Shown one piece after another: positions 17,772 through 28,340 of a DNA stretch of 46,463 nt. The notes beneath the pieces are model-generated. The model did no database searches and had not been told where the DNA came from. It saw only the letters and a list, made by a program, of their open reading frames with translations. Position numbers and translations under genes: made by a program. This DNA is from an uncultured Bacillota bacterium (GTDB lineage: Bacteria > Bacillota_I > Bacilli_A > RF39 > UBA660), in NCBI GenBank assembly GCA_946625165.1, contig CAMOSR010000003.1:1-46463 (forward strand), in the 5' to 3' direction. Each line of letters begins with the position of its first letter. Within the stretch, counting starts at the first letter, position 1.

Positions 17772-20700
17772 AGAACAAACTTCTGCCATAAATGAAAAAG
17801 GCAAAAACATCATAGTATCTGCAGGAGCAGGATCAGGGAAAACCGCTGTTTTAACTGAAAGAGTAGTTACTCATTTAAAAAACAAAATTGGGATTGAACA
17901 TTTGTTGATATTAACTTTTACGAATGCCGCAGCCGCTGAAATGAAAGAACGAATAAGAAAAAAAATAAAAGCTATCCCCGAGTTAAAAGAACAATTAGAT
18001 AAAATAGATACGGCTAGTATTACAACTTTTGACGCTTACGCCCTTTCATTAGTTAAAAAATATAGCCATATTTTAAATATTTCAAGTGACATTAAAATAG
18101 CTGAAAGCTCATTTTTAGACTTAAAAAAAGAAAAAATTTTAACTGAAATATTTAATGAATACTATGAAGAAAAAAACAACTTATTTTTAAAACTTATAGA
18201 TGACTTTTCTTTAAAGGACGATAAAGAAATATTTACTAATATTTTATCTTTAAATAATCAGATTTCCAATTTATATAACAAAAAAGACTATCTAAAAAAA
18301 TACGTAGAGGAAAACTATAAAGATGAAAGAATAAATATTTATTTAGACGAATATCTAAAATATTTAAAAGAAAAGAAAAAAGAAATTAAAAACATTATAG
18401 CTCGCCTAAGCTTATATCAAGATGGCACATATATCGAAAAAATAGAAAATGTTCTGCATTCATTTCTACTGTCAGAAAATTATATAGACATTAAAAATAA
18501 TATTACTACTGAACTTCCAAGATTGCCATCTGGCTCAGATGAAGAATCTAAAACCATAAAAAAAGAATTATCCAAAGTATTAAAAGAATTTGAAGAACTT
18601 ACCAAATATGAAAGCATAGATAAAATAAAAGAAACACTTTTAAAAACACAAGAATACGCCAAAATAATTACAGAAATATTATTAAAATTAGATGAAAGAT
18701 TAGATGACTATAAAAAGCAAAACAACCTATATGAATTTATAGACATTTCTAACATGGCAATAAACCTTTTAAAAGAACACGCAAAAGTTAGAGAAAATCT
18801 AAAAGAAAAATATTATGAAATATTAATCGATGAATATCAGGACACTAATGACCTTCAAGAATTATTTGTCTCTCTAATTGAAAAAAACAACGTCTACATG
18901 GTTGGAGATATAAAACAGTCTATTTATAGATTTAGAAATACAAACCCAAAATTATTCAAAGACAAGTATAATTTATATAGTCAAAACGAAAAAGGATTAA
19001 AGATAGATTTAAATAGAAACTTTAGATCTAGAAATCAAGTGTTATCGAGTATAAATAAATTATTTGACCATATCATGAATGAAGAAATTGGTGGTGCTGA
19101 ATATAGACAAAGCCATAGAATGATTTTTGGAAATAATAGTTACGATAACGTCAGCAAGGAAAATTACGACTTAGAAATATTAAATTATAAAGACGATGAG
19201 AACTATTCCAAAGAAGAAATTGAAATTTTTACTATTGCAAACGACATAAAAAATAAAGTTAATAATGATTATGAAATAATGGACAGTGAAGGAAAACCAA
19301 GAAAAGTAAAATATAAAGACTTTGCCATACTAATGGATAGATCTAGTTCATTTGAAAAGTATAAACAAATATTTGAATACTTAAATATTCCTTTAAACAT
19401 ATACCGAGATAAAGCTATTACCGATTCTAAAGACATATTAATAATTAAAAATTTGTACAAATTAATAATAGATATCCACAGCAAAAACTTTAAAGAAGAT
19501 TTCAAATATGCCTTTATGTCAGTTTCAAGAAGCTTTTTGCTAGAAACAAAAGATAATGAAATATTTGACCATTTAAATGATTTTAAACACACAAATCTGT
19601 ATCAGAAATGTCTAAAACTATCAGAAAATATTTTAGAAATAACTAACTATGACCTTATAAATAAAATCATAAACGAATTTAATCTTTATGAAAAAATAAT
19701 TAAAGACGGTAATATTCATGAACACATAGTTATCATAGATTCATTAAAGAAAATAGCCCAAAATCTGGATGATTTAGGTTATTCACCATTTGAGTTTTTA
19801 GAGTATTTAGAAGAAGTGTTAGAGAAAGGATTAGACATAAAACTTAAAATAAATAAAGGAAGTAGTGATGCCGTTAAGATAATGACTATCCATGCTTCTA
19901 AGGGATTAGAATTTCCGATTTGTTATTATAGTGGATTATCTAAGAAGTTTAACATAGACGATTTAAAAAGCAAATTTTACTTTAACGAAAAATATGGAAT
20001 AATTACCCCTTATATCGATAATGAACCTAAAACCACAATTTTAAAAACCTTATTAAAAAAAGACTACTTAAAAGAAGAAATCTCCGAAAAACTAAGATTA
20101 TTTTATGTTGCCTTAACCAGAGCTAGAGAAAAAATAATCATAGTTACTAGTTTAAATCCCATAAATTTTGACGGAAAAAACGTCATCGATGACAGTATTA
20201 GACTTAAGTATCTCTCATTCAAAGACATCATTGATTCAGCAAGTACCATCTTAGAAGACCATATAAAAAATATCGATAATCAAAAGTTAAATCTGACTAA
20301 AAATTACAATCTTTCAAAAAAACACTTCAACAAAGATAAATTTTTAAAAAGAAATCCTATTAAAATTGAAGAAATAAAACTAGAAACCAAAGAAATTAAA
20401 GATAAACACTTCTCTAAAAACATTCACAAATTAAGAACCGAAAATCAAACAAAGAATGTTAAAGAAGGCCTTCATATGCATGAAATCTTTGAAAACTTTG
20501 ATTTTAAAAATCCCGATTATTCATCATTGACAAGCTTTGAAACATCAAAAGTAAAAGCTTTTATTAATACTAATATTTTGGAAAAAGCAAAAGATATATA
20601 TAAGGAATACGAATTTATATATGAATATAATGATATCAAATATCATGGAATTATAGACTTGCTTTTAATAAAAGATAACGAAAATATAATAATTGATTAT

Positions 20701-20835
20701 AAATTAAAAGATATTCAAGATGAAGAATATATAAAACAGTTAAATGGATATAAAAAATATATAGAAGACATAACTAATAAAGAAACAAAAATATATTTGT
20801 ACTCAATATTAGACGAAAAGTTAACTCAAATATAA
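17755..20835 (+). CDS. addA: ATP-dependent helicase/nuclease subunit A
   Basis: VSAGAGSGKTAVL, DEYQD, VGDIKQSIYRFR, TIHASKGLEF, YVALTRA and C-terminal GIIDL...DYK nuclease. Confidence 0.92.
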   Translation: MTNWTKEQTSAINEKGKNIIVSAGAGSGKTAVLTERVVTHLKNKIGIEHLLILTFTNAAAAEMKERIRKKIKAIPELKEQLDKIDTASITTFDAYALSLVKKYSHILNISSDIKIAESSFLDLKKEKILTEIFNEYYEEKNNLFLKLIDDFSLKDDKEIFTNILSLNNQISNLYNKKDYLKKYVEENYKDERINIYLDEYLKYLKEKKKEIKNIIARLSLYQDGTYIEKIENVLHSFLLSENYIDIKNNITTELPRLPSGSDEESKTIKKELSKVLKEFEELTKYESIDKIKETLLKTQEYAKIITEILLKLDERLDDYKKQNNLYEFIDISNMAINLLKEHAKVRENLKEKYYEILIDEYQDTNDLQELFVSLIEKNNVYMVGDIKQSIYRFRNTNPKLFKDKYNLYSQNEKGLKIDLNRNFRSRNQVLSSINKLFDHIMNEEIGGAEYRQSHRMIFGNNSYDNVSKENYDLEILNYKDDENYSKEEIEIFTIANDIKNKVNNDYEIMDSEGKPRKVKYKDFAILMDRSSSFEKYKQIFEYLNIPLNIYRDKAITDSKDILIIKNLYKLIIDIHSKNFKEDFKYAFMSVSRSFLLETKDNEIFDHLNDFKHTNLYQKCLKLSENILEITNYDLINKIINEFNLYEKIIKDGNIHEHIVIIDSLKKIAQNLDDLGYSPFEFLEYLEEVLEKGLDIKLKINKGSSDAVKIMTIHASKGLEFPICYYSGLSKKFNIDDLKSKFYFNEKYGIITPYIDNEPKTTILKTLLKKDYLKEEISEKLRLFYVALTRAREKIIIVTSLNPINFDGKNVIDDSIRLKYLSFKDIIDSASTILEDHIKNIDNQKLNLTKNYNLSKKHFNKDKFLKRNPIKIEEIKLETKEIKDKHFSKNIHKLRTENQTKNVKEGLHMHEIFENFDFKNPDYSSLTSFETSKVKAFINTNILEKAKDIYKEYEFIYEYNDIKYHGIIDLLLIKDNENIIIDYKLKDIQDEEYIKQLNGYKKYIEDITNKETKIYLYSILDEKLTQI

Positions 20836-21046
20836 AGGACAATTATTATGAAACTTTTTATAGACAACTTATCAAGTAATGATAAGTTTGATAAGTCAAT
20901 AATAATTACTTTAGTGAAATATTAAAAACCTTAGAAAATTTTAAAAAAATGAATAAAACAATAAATATGCTTTTTCCTGTGTTTAAATTTGAATAAAACA
21001 AATTATATATGATATAATTAAAAAGGAAATACAAGGAGGTAATGAT

Positions 21047-22162
21047 ATGGGATTAATTAGATCCGCAGTAAAAGCCATTGGTGGTGAATTACACGATCAA
21101 TGGAAAGATTTTATAAAGTGTGAAGACATGGACATGAACACTTTAATGGTTAAAAAAACCACACCTAATGGAGTTATTTCGAAAGGAAGTGGTATAATTG
21201 TCGCACCAGGACAAATTGCAGTTATTTATGATCAAGGAAAAATTTTGGATGCAACTGCTGAAGAAGGAGTATATACATTTGATTCAGAAACTTCACCATC
21301 ATTTTTCTCTGGAGATTTTGGGACAGTATTTAAGGACATGTGGACTAGGTTTACCTATAATGGTGCTGCCGCTAAAGATCAAGCAGTATTCTTTATAAAC
21401 GCTAAAGAAATACTAGATAACAAATTTGGCACACCAGCACCTATACCATTTGAAGACTACTCACATGCTATTCCAAATCAAATGACAGGTGAAATGGCAC
21501 CAATGAGATTAGACATTAAATGTTTTGGAAAATACATATACAAAATATCTGATCCTGCAGAATTTATGAGGACATATGCCGGAACAGCTGCTATAGTTAC
21601 AAAAGAAGAAATCAATGAACAGATGAGAAGCGAAGTAATAGCTACACTTCAAGGAGTTATTAACGCCCTTGGTAATAGTGAAAATAAAGTTCGTGCTTTA
21701 GAACTTCCAAGTCAAACTGACAAAATGAAAAGTTTAATGGAAGAAAAAGTATACGATGAACAAATTAGAAAAAGAGGGATTCAAATTGTTTCTTTCTTGA
21801 TTGAATCTGTTACCCTAACTGATGAATCAAATAAGAAAATCGATGAGTATGAACACAATTCTAATAATAGAATGCAACAAGGTAGAGTTCTTGATGTTAT
21901 GGAAGCAGCTGCTAAAAACGAAGGTGGAGCAGCTAACGGATTCATGGGCTTAGGTATGATGAATATGACTAGTGGCGGATTAACAGGAGGAGTTATGCAA
22001 AATGCCTTTAACGATAATGGTCAAATACCACAAGCCTTAAAGCCAGAAAAACCGGAAACTGCCGAAGAACCAAAAGAAGAAAAAACACATTTTTGTTCTA
22101 ATTGTGGAGCAAAAGTTGGTGAAGTAAATTTTTGCCCAAATTGCGGAAATAAAATCGCATAA
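21047..22162 (+). CDS. SPFH/band-7-like (YdjI/virion-core-like) protein with C-terminal double zinc ribbon
   Basis: GSGIIVAPGQIAV...G.I.D....G.Y, KFGTPAPI, A/G/M-rich linker, CSNCG...FCPNCG. Extended -10 TGATATAAT at 21010-21018. Confidence 0.8.
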   Translation: MGLIRSAVKAIGGELHDQWKDFIKCEDMDMNTLMVKKTTPNGVISKGSGIIVAPGQIAVIYDQGKILDATAEEGVYTFDSETSPSFFSGDFGTVFKDMWTRFTYNGAAAKDQAVFFINAKEILDNKFGTPAPIPFEDYSHAIPNQMTGEMAPMRLDIKCFGKYIYKISDPAEFMRTYAGTAAIVTKEEINEQMRSEVIATLQGVINALGNSENKVRALELPSQTDKMKSLMEEKVYDEQIRKRGIQIVSFLIESVTLTDESNKKIDEYEHNSNNRMQQGRVLDVMEAAAKNEGGAANGFMGLGMMNMTSGGLTGGVMQNAFNDNGQIPQALKPEKPETAEEPKEEKTHFCSNCGAKVGEVNFCPNCGNKIA

Positions 22163-22171
22163 GGATACTAC

Positions 22172-23032
22172 ATGAAAAAGAAATTCTTAATATTAATATT
22201 AACTATAATTTCTTTATTCGCTTGCCTAAATTTTAATGCACCATTAGGAGTCAAAGCCGATTCAGGTTTTGATTCCAGTTACGATAGTGGAGGAAGTTGG
22301 GATTCTGGATCAGACTGGGGATCGAGTTCAAGTGACTGGGGTTCTAGTAGTTACAGTTCTGATAGCTATAGTGGTGAATTTACAATCATAGATTTTGTAA
22401 TATTTATGATAATAATAGTAATAATTATCATAGTAGTTGCTAGAGCTAGTAATGCCAGTGGTATAATCCAAAGCTCAATAACCCTAGATCATAGTAAAGA
22501 ATTATCAGACGATAAAGTTAAAGAATATATCAAAGACTTTGAAAGAATACCATTCCTAAGAGAAAGATATGATGAATATTTAAAAATTCAAGAAGATTGG
22601 ATGAACTTTGATTATGACGATTTAAGAACCCATTTAACTGATGAATTATATAATCAATATGAAATGCAGTTGGATACCCTAAAAACTAAAAATCAAAAGA
22701 ACATTATGAAAAACTTTAATTATAGAGATTCTATGATTACTGCCATTTCAAAAGAAAACAAGCAAATAACTGTAACTATAGAATTAGTAGTAACATTTAT
22801 AGATTATATTGAGCAAAATGGTAGGGCAGTCAGAGGAAGCATTAATATTCCAATCACGCAGCACTATGAACTAACATTTGTCTTAACAGAAACTAAATTA
22901 AACAATTGTCCAAATTGCGGTGCAGAATTAAATAAAGACTCAAGTCAAAAATGTGAATACTGTGGCAGCATTATCTCAAGAGTTGGTAATAAATCAGTAT
23001 TAAGTAAAAAGGAGAGTTTAAAACAAAGATGA
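22172..23032 (+). CDS. Membrane protein: signal peptide, Ser/Gly/Asp-rich repeat, TM helix, Tim44-like domain and zinc ribbon
   Basis: DSGFDSSYDSGGSWDSGSDWGSSSSDWGSSS; IQEDWMNFDYDDLRTHLTDELY (Tim44-like); CPNCGA...CEYCGS. Confidence 0.75.
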   Translation: MKKKFLILILTIISLFACLNFNAPLGVKADSGFDSSYDSGGSWDSGSDWGSSSSDWGSSSYSSDSYSGEFTIIDFVIFMIIIVIIIIVVARASNASGIIQSSITLDHSKELSDDKVKEYIKDFERIPFLRERYDEYLKIQEDWMNFDYDDLRTHLTDELYNQYEMQLDTLKTKNQKNIMKNFNYRDSMITAISKENKQITVTIELVVTFIDYIEQNGRAVRGSINIPITQHYELTFVLTETKLNNCPNCGAELNKDSSQKCEYCGSIISRVGNKSVLSKKESLKQR

Positions 23033-23565
23033 GTATAGAAGACTTATTAAAAGTAGATAACACCTTTTCCGAAAGTAGTTTTATTGCTAAAGCTGATAAT
23101 ACATTTATCATGCTATTGACTGCGATAATGACAGGAAATATGCCTAGAGTGAAGCATAAAATAAGTGAAGACTTATACAATAAATATTCAAAAATTGTAG
23201 AACAGTTGAACTCAAAAAATCAAAGGCAAATGTATGATGAATTAAATGTCAAATCTACAGAAATTATAGGAATAGAAAAAGATGAAAAAAATTATTTAAT
23301 TAAAGTAAAACTAACATCTAGATATATGGATTATATTATGGATAAAACAACATTAAACTTAATATCAGGGAATAATAGGGGAAGAGTTGAAAAAGTAAAC
23401 TTCTTAACATTTAAAAAAACAAAAGAATTTAAAGAAGAGTCCATAGCTAGAAAGTGTCCAGGATGTGGAGCCAATATAGATGCAAATAATACAGGAATTT
23501 GCGAGTATTGCGGAACGTCTTATGACACTTATCACTATGATTGGATTTTGACAGACATAAATTAG
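23029..23565 (+). CDS. Tim44-like domain protein with zinc ribbon
   Basis: ATGA overlap; DNTFSESSFI...; CPGCGA...CEYCGT; C-terminal DWILTDI. Confidence 0.75.
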   Translation: MSIEDLLKVDNTFSESSFIAKADNTFIMLLTAIMTGNMPRVKHKISEDLYNKYSKIVEQLNSKNQRQMYDELNVKSTEIIGIEKDEKNYLIKVKLTSRYMDYIMDKTTLNLISGNNRGRVEKVNFLTFKKTKEFKEESIARKCPGCGANIDANNTGICEYCGTSYDTYHYDWILTDIN

Positions 23566-23584
23566 ACGCATAAATGCGTCTTTT
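23564..23584 (+). terminator. Intrinsic terminator
   Basis: agacgcat-aa-atgcgtct followed by Ts. Confidence 0.65.
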
Positions 23585-23635
23585 AATATTTAAAACAAAA
23601 GTAAGAACACCGAAAAAAAAGAAGCAAAGCCTCTT

Positions 23636-25759
23636 TTAAATCTTAACCATCTTAGCGGTAAATTGATCACCCAAAACATCGATAAGTACTGTAGAATTAA
23701 ACTTAACTTCTTCACTAATAATTGCTTTGGCAATAAGCGTTTCGATATTTCTACTAACAAATCTCTTAATAGGTCTAGCTCCATATTTTTCATCATAAGC
23801 TTCATCAATAATATATTTTTTAGCTTTATCTGTAAGAACAATTTTAATTTTTTTATCACTAAGTCTATCATTAATTTCACCTATAATTTTATCAAGTATT
23901 TCATAAACTACCTCTTTAGAAAGACTGTTAAATATGATAATCTCATCAATACGGTTTATAAATTCAGGCTTAAAAGTACTTCTAAGCTCACTCATAACCT
24001 TTTCATGACTATCACCTACATTATCTAATATATAATCACTACCCAAATTAGAAGTCATAATTATAATCGTATTTTTAAAATCAACTGTTCTACCTTGAGA
24101 ATCAGTAATTCTACCATCATCAAGTATTTGAAGAAGTATATTAAATACATCCTTATGCGCCTTTTCAATCTCATCAAATAAAACTATACTATATGGGTTT
24201 CTACGGACAGCCTCTGTAAGCTGGCCACCATCGTCATAACCGACATATCCTGGAGGAGAACCGATAAGTCTAGCTACAGAATGACTTTCCATATATTCAC
24301 TCATGTCAATTCTAATCATATGTCTTTCATCATCAAATAGCTCATAAGCAAGAGATTTGGCCACCTCAGTTTTACCAACTCCTGTAGGGCCTAAGAATAT
24401 AAACGAACCAATAGGCCTATTTGGATCTTTAATACCAGCTCTAGCTCTTATAATAGCTTCACTTACCAAATGCAAAGCATTCCCTTGCCCCTTAACTCTT
24501 TTGCCTAAATTTTCCTCTAAATGAAGTAGCTTTTCCCTTTCAGTTCCAACCAATTTACTTATAGGGATATTAGTCCATTTAGATATAATTGCTGCAATAG
24601 ACTCATCATCAACAACATCACTTAATATCGCATTTTCATCTTCCTTTTTAATTTCATTAAGTTCTTTTTCTAAAGAAGGAATAGTACCATGTTTAAGTCT
24701 AGCAATAGTTTCATAATCATATTTAGATTCAGCATATTCAAGCTCAGTATTAGCTTTTTCAAGTTCTTCTTTTTTCTTATTTATTTCTAAATTAATTTTC
24801 TTCTCATTTTCCCAAGATGTGCGAAGCTCATTTTCTTTAGTTTTAAGTTCAGAAAGCTTTTCATCAATTTCTGAGATTCTATTTTTAGAAAAATCATCTT
24901 TTTCTTTTTTTAATGCCTGTTTTTCAACTTCAAGCTGCATAATTTCTCTAGTTAAATTATCTATAGAAGTAGGTACAGATTCTAATTGAACCTTAATAGT
25001 TGCACAAGCTTCATCAACTAAATCAATAGCCTTATCGGGTAAAAATCTATCAGTAATATATCTATCAGATAAAGTAGCAGCAGCCACAAGCGCTTTATCC
25101 TTAATAGTCACACCATGATAAACCTCAAAACGTGATTTTAAGCCACGAAGTATTGTAATTGTGTCAATTACATTAGGCTCTGATACTAAAACTTTTTGGA
25201 AACGCCTTTCCAATGCGCCGTCTTTTTCGATATACTTTCTGTATTCATTTAAGGTAGTAGCACCGATACAGTGAATTTCACCACGGGCAAGCATTGGCTT
25301 AAGCATATTACCAGCATCCATTGCTCCTTCAATAGCACCAGCTCCAACAATCATGTGAATTTCATCGATAAACATAATTATTTCACCATCAGACTCTTTA
25401 ACCTCTTTTAAAACAGCCTTAAGCCTATCTTCAAACTCACCTCTATATTTAGCACCAGCGATTAAGGCGCCCATATCAAGTTCCCAAACAGTTTTATCTT
25501 TTAAACTATTCGGAACATCACCTTTAACAATTCTTTGAGCAAGACCCTCAACAATAGCAGTTTTACCAACACCAGGCTCACCAATTAAAACAGGGTTATT
25601 TTTAGTTTTTCTAGATAAAATTCTACTAATAGAGCGTATTTCTTCATCGCGGCCTATTACAGGATCTACCTTTCCGTCCTTAACGCTTTTTGTAATATCT
25701 CTACCGTATTTTTCTAAAGGATTTTGAAGACCTTCTTGATATTCTTTTTCTGGATTCAT
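23636..25759 (-). CDS. clpB: ClpB-type AAA+ disaggregase lacking the N-terminal domain
   Basis: [11 protein letters not shown] near the N-terminus, GEPGVGKT, long coiled-coil M domain, GPTGVGKT and RIDMSEY. Confidence 0.9.
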   Translation of the reverse strand: MNPEKEYQEGLQNPLEKYGRDITKSVKDGKVDPVIGRDEEIRSISRILSRKTKNNPVLIGEPGVGKTAIVEGLAQRIVKGDVPNSLKDKTVWELDMGALIAGAKYRGEFEDRLKAVLKEVKESDGEIIMFIDEIHMIVGAGAIEGAMDAGNMLKPMLARGEIHCIGATTLNEYRKYIEKDGALERRFQKVLVSEPNVIDTITILRGLKSRFEVYHGVTIKDKALVAAATLSDRYITDRFLPDKAIDLVDEACATIKVQLESVPTSIDNLTREIMQLEVEKQALKKEKDDFSKNRISEIDEKLSELKTKENELRTSWENEKKINLEINKKKEELEKANTELEYAESKYDYETIARLKHGTIPSLEKELNEIKKEDENAILSDVVDDESIAAIISKWTNIPISKLVGTEREKLLHLEENLGKRVKGQGNALHLVSEAIIRARAGIKDPNRPIGSFIFLGPTGVGKTEVAKSLAYELFDDERHMIRIDMSEYMESHSVARLIGSPPGYVGYDDGGQLTEAVRRNPYSIVLFDEIEKAHKDVFNILLQILDDGRITDSQGRTVDFKNTIIIMTSNLGSDYILDNVGDSHEKVMSELRSTFKPEFINRIDEIIIFNSLSKEVVYEILDKIIGEINDRLSDKKIKIVLTDKAKKYIIDEAYDEKYGARPIKRFVSRNIETLIAKAIISEEVKFNSTVLIDVLGDQFTAKMVKI

Positions 25760-25800
25760 ATTTATACCTCCATTTCTTCTATATAACTATAGCACACTCT

Positions 25801-25827
25801 TTAGCACTTGTCAAGGAAGAGTGCTAA
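25801..25827 (-). promoter_or_regulatory. CIRCE (HrcA operator) overlapping the clpB -35 box
   Basis: Minus strand TTAGCACTC-N9-AAGTGCTAA (one mismatch to consensus); promoter TTGACA-N17-TATAGT. Confidence 0.92.
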
Positions 25828-25940
25828 AATATGACAAAAAAATTGAATAAAACTATTGTAAAATAAAATGTAAAATTTATCAAAAAAGCTAGACAAATTT
25901 AATTATATATATATAATTAAAAATGAAAGGAGAAAATAAA

Positions 25941-26567
25941 ATGTTAATTAATGGAATTTCGGCGCATATTGGTGACTATGTGTTCGCAAAAGTTGGAGAT
26001 GTAAACAGATATGAAATATATATAGATGATAATAATAATGTTAATTTATCTTTAACTACAGTACCAGAAGGAAACAAGTTAAGAGAACAAAATAGAAAAT
26101 TAGCTAGCAGAACAATCATATTTCAATTAATAGATGAAAGGCACCTTAAAGAATTAATTTCTGGAGAAACAATTAGTATAACTAGATATTCAGAAAATGA
26201 TAAATCAATTGAACAAGGTTCAAAAGGGGAAAGCCTTTTGTTATTAGCAAAAGAAAATCCACTATGTATTAGTATGGACGCTATTACAGGATCTTTACAC
26301 CAAGAAAATCTTGATAATTTATCGCCAGAAACAATGAGCGAAGGATATAATAAACTATTAAATGATTATTCAATAACATTAAACATAAAGGATGAGATTA
26401 TTGAATACTTTCAGGCGGCAAGAGAGCTATCTGAAGCAGACTTTGCATCAAGCTTAGAATCAGGCAAAGCTCGCGTTCAAAATATTGCTGAAGAAGACAA
26501 TAAAGCCTATGATTCAATTATGAGGTCTTTAGAATTCCTGCGTGGAGCCAAAACAGTTCAAAAATAA
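25941..26567 (+). CDS. Hypothetical protein
   Basis: AAAGGAG RBS before ATG 25941 and a downstream terminator at 26589-26618. No motif recognised. Confidence 0.7.
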   Translation: MLINGISAHIGDYVFAKVGDVNRYEIYIDDNNNVNLSLTTVPEGNKLREQNRKLASRTIIFQLIDERHLKELISGETISITRYSENDKSIEQGSKGESLLLLAKENPLCISMDAITGSLHQENLDNLSPETMSEGYNKLLNDYSITLNIKDEIIEYFQAARELSEADFASSLESGKARVQNIAEEDNKAYDSIMRSLEFLRGAKTVQK

Positions 26568-26674
26568 GTAATTTATAAAACACAAATTAAAAATCAAACC
26601 AAAAAGTTTGATTTTTTTAAATAGACTTTTTATATTATTTTTGTTATACTCTTAATTGAAAAAAGGAGGAAACT

Positions 26675-27283
26675 ATGTCAAAATTAAGTAATAAAACAAT
26701 TGTAATTATATCATTTACTTTAATATTAATAGGTCTCCTTTTAATATCAAGTGATTATCTGAAATCAAAAAAAGAAAAAGCTTACGAAAAAGTTAGAATT
26801 TCATTAATGACAGATGTGGATAATACACCCAAAAATATAGATGAGCCAGTAGAGGAGCCAGAGCCAGAACCACTGCCAAATGGGTACTTGGGAATATTAG
26901 AAATAGAAAAAATAAACTTAGCTCAAGGATTCTATGATAAAGATAATCCTGACAATAATGTAAGTAAAAACGTAACATTCCTAGAACCATCCAATTATCC
27001 AGATGAAAAGAATGGAAATACGATACTAGTTGCCCACTCAGGAACTAGTAATATAGCTTACTTTAAACACCTATATCAACTAGGAATTGGTGATACAGCA
27101 AAAATAACATATAAAGGTAAAACATATACATACAAAATAAACAACATATACAATGAAGAAAAAGATGGAGACGTAACTATATATAGAGATACAAACAAAA
27201 ATACTCTAACTATGATTACGTGTACAAAAAATGATGATACTAAACAAACTATATATATAGCATATTTAGAAAACATAGAATAA
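26675..27283 (+). CDS. Sortase family protein
   Basis: N-terminal TM, GILEIEKINL, GNTILVAHS (His) and TLTMITC (Cys); the usual Arg is not seen. Terminator at 27308-27338. Confidence 0.88.
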   Translation: MSKLSNKTIVIISFTLILIGLLLISSDYLKSKKEKAYEKVRISLMTDVDNTPKNIDEPVEEPEPEPLPNGYLGILEIEKINLAQGFYDKDNPDNNVSKNVTFLEPSNYPDEKNGNTILVAHSGTSNIAYFKHLYQLGIGDTAKITYKGKTYTYKINNIYNEEKDGDVTIYRDTNKNTLTMITCTKNDDTKQTIYIAYLENIE

Positions 27284-27512
27284 ATAGTTAAAAATTAAAA
27301 TATAATAAAAAACTGAATCAAAAAAAGATTCAGTTTTTAAATATGATTAAAATATTAATTTTTCGCATATAATAAACTAGAGACACTTTATCCTAATAAA
27401 AAAGCAAAAACGATAGTTTTCCAAAAATAGTCTCAATTTGACGTAAATGGTAAAAAATGCTAAAATAGAGCCTGTTTTCTGCAAATATTCTATATTTTTA
27501 GGAGAGGTGAAT

Positions 27513-28214
27513 ATGAAAACAACACGGTTGATTAAGGCCATTAATACTTTAATCATAATGGTAACTGTTATGGCTACATGCCATCCAACAGTCGTAAATG
27601 CCGAATTTAACACAAATAACATACAATTATTAGAAATAAAACCTTCTAGTGCGTTTATAAACGCTAAAAAGTCTAGTGTTCTTAAGCTTGAGATTAATAC
27701 CGAAGAGTTAAAGAAAATTAGATTAGCGCGAAAACAAGCCGAAGAAGAGCAAAGAAGAATAGAAGAAGAACGAAGAAAAGCCGAAGAAGCCAGCAAAGTA
27801 GTTTATGACGGAATGACTTTAGAAGAACTTTCAAACAAATTAAACCGTTCGTTAAACTCTACTTTATCAGGTAAAGGTGAAATCTTTGCTAGACTATCTA
27901 TCGAATATAATGTTGACCCATACCTAGCAGTTGCTATTTCAATGCACGAAACTGGATGTAAATGGAACTGTAGTAGACTTGTTAAATCTTGTAACAACGT
28001 CGGTGGTATGAAAGGCTCACCAGGGTGCGGTGGTGGTGCATATGCGTCATTCCCAACCTTAGATGAAGGTATTAGAGCTTTTATAAGCAATATATCTAGA
28101 AACTATTCTTCAAAAGGATTAACTACTCCAGAAGCTATGGGACCTAAATACGCCGGTAGTCAGGAGTGGCCTTCAAAAGTAAGATCATATATGAATGAAA
28201 TAAAAGCAAAATAA
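27513..28214 (+). CDS. Secreted glucosaminidase/lysozyme-like cell-wall hydrolase
   Basis: Signal peptide, coiled coil, YNVDPYLAVAISMHETG, NNVGGM, FPTLDEGI and KYA...W motifs. Confidence 0.75.
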   Translation: MKTTRLIKAINTLIIMVTVMATCHPTVVNAEFNTNNIQLLEIKPSSAFINAKKSSVLKLEINTEELKKIRLARKQAEEEQRRIEEERRKAEEASKVVYDGMTLEELSNKLNRSLNSTLSGKGEIFARLSIEYNVDPYLAVAISMHETGCKWNCSRLVKSCNNVGGMKGSPGCGGGAYASFPTLDEGIRAFISNISRNYSSKGLTTPEAMGPKYAGSQEWPSKVRSYMNEIKAK

Positions 28215-28340
28215 TTTTTTGCTTTTTTTTTGTCAATATTAAATTCCATATAAATATAATATTTTTTTCAAAATTGACAGAATTTGACGCTAAAAATATT
28301 ATATGGTAAAATTAACATTAGAAAAGTAGGAGAGATGTTC

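Noticed and set aside
22258-22375. Short repeats (gactgggg...) suggesting a CRISPR or tandem array
   Set aside because: They encode the Ser/Gly-rich DWGSSS segment. There is no repeat-spacer structure and no cas gene in the window.
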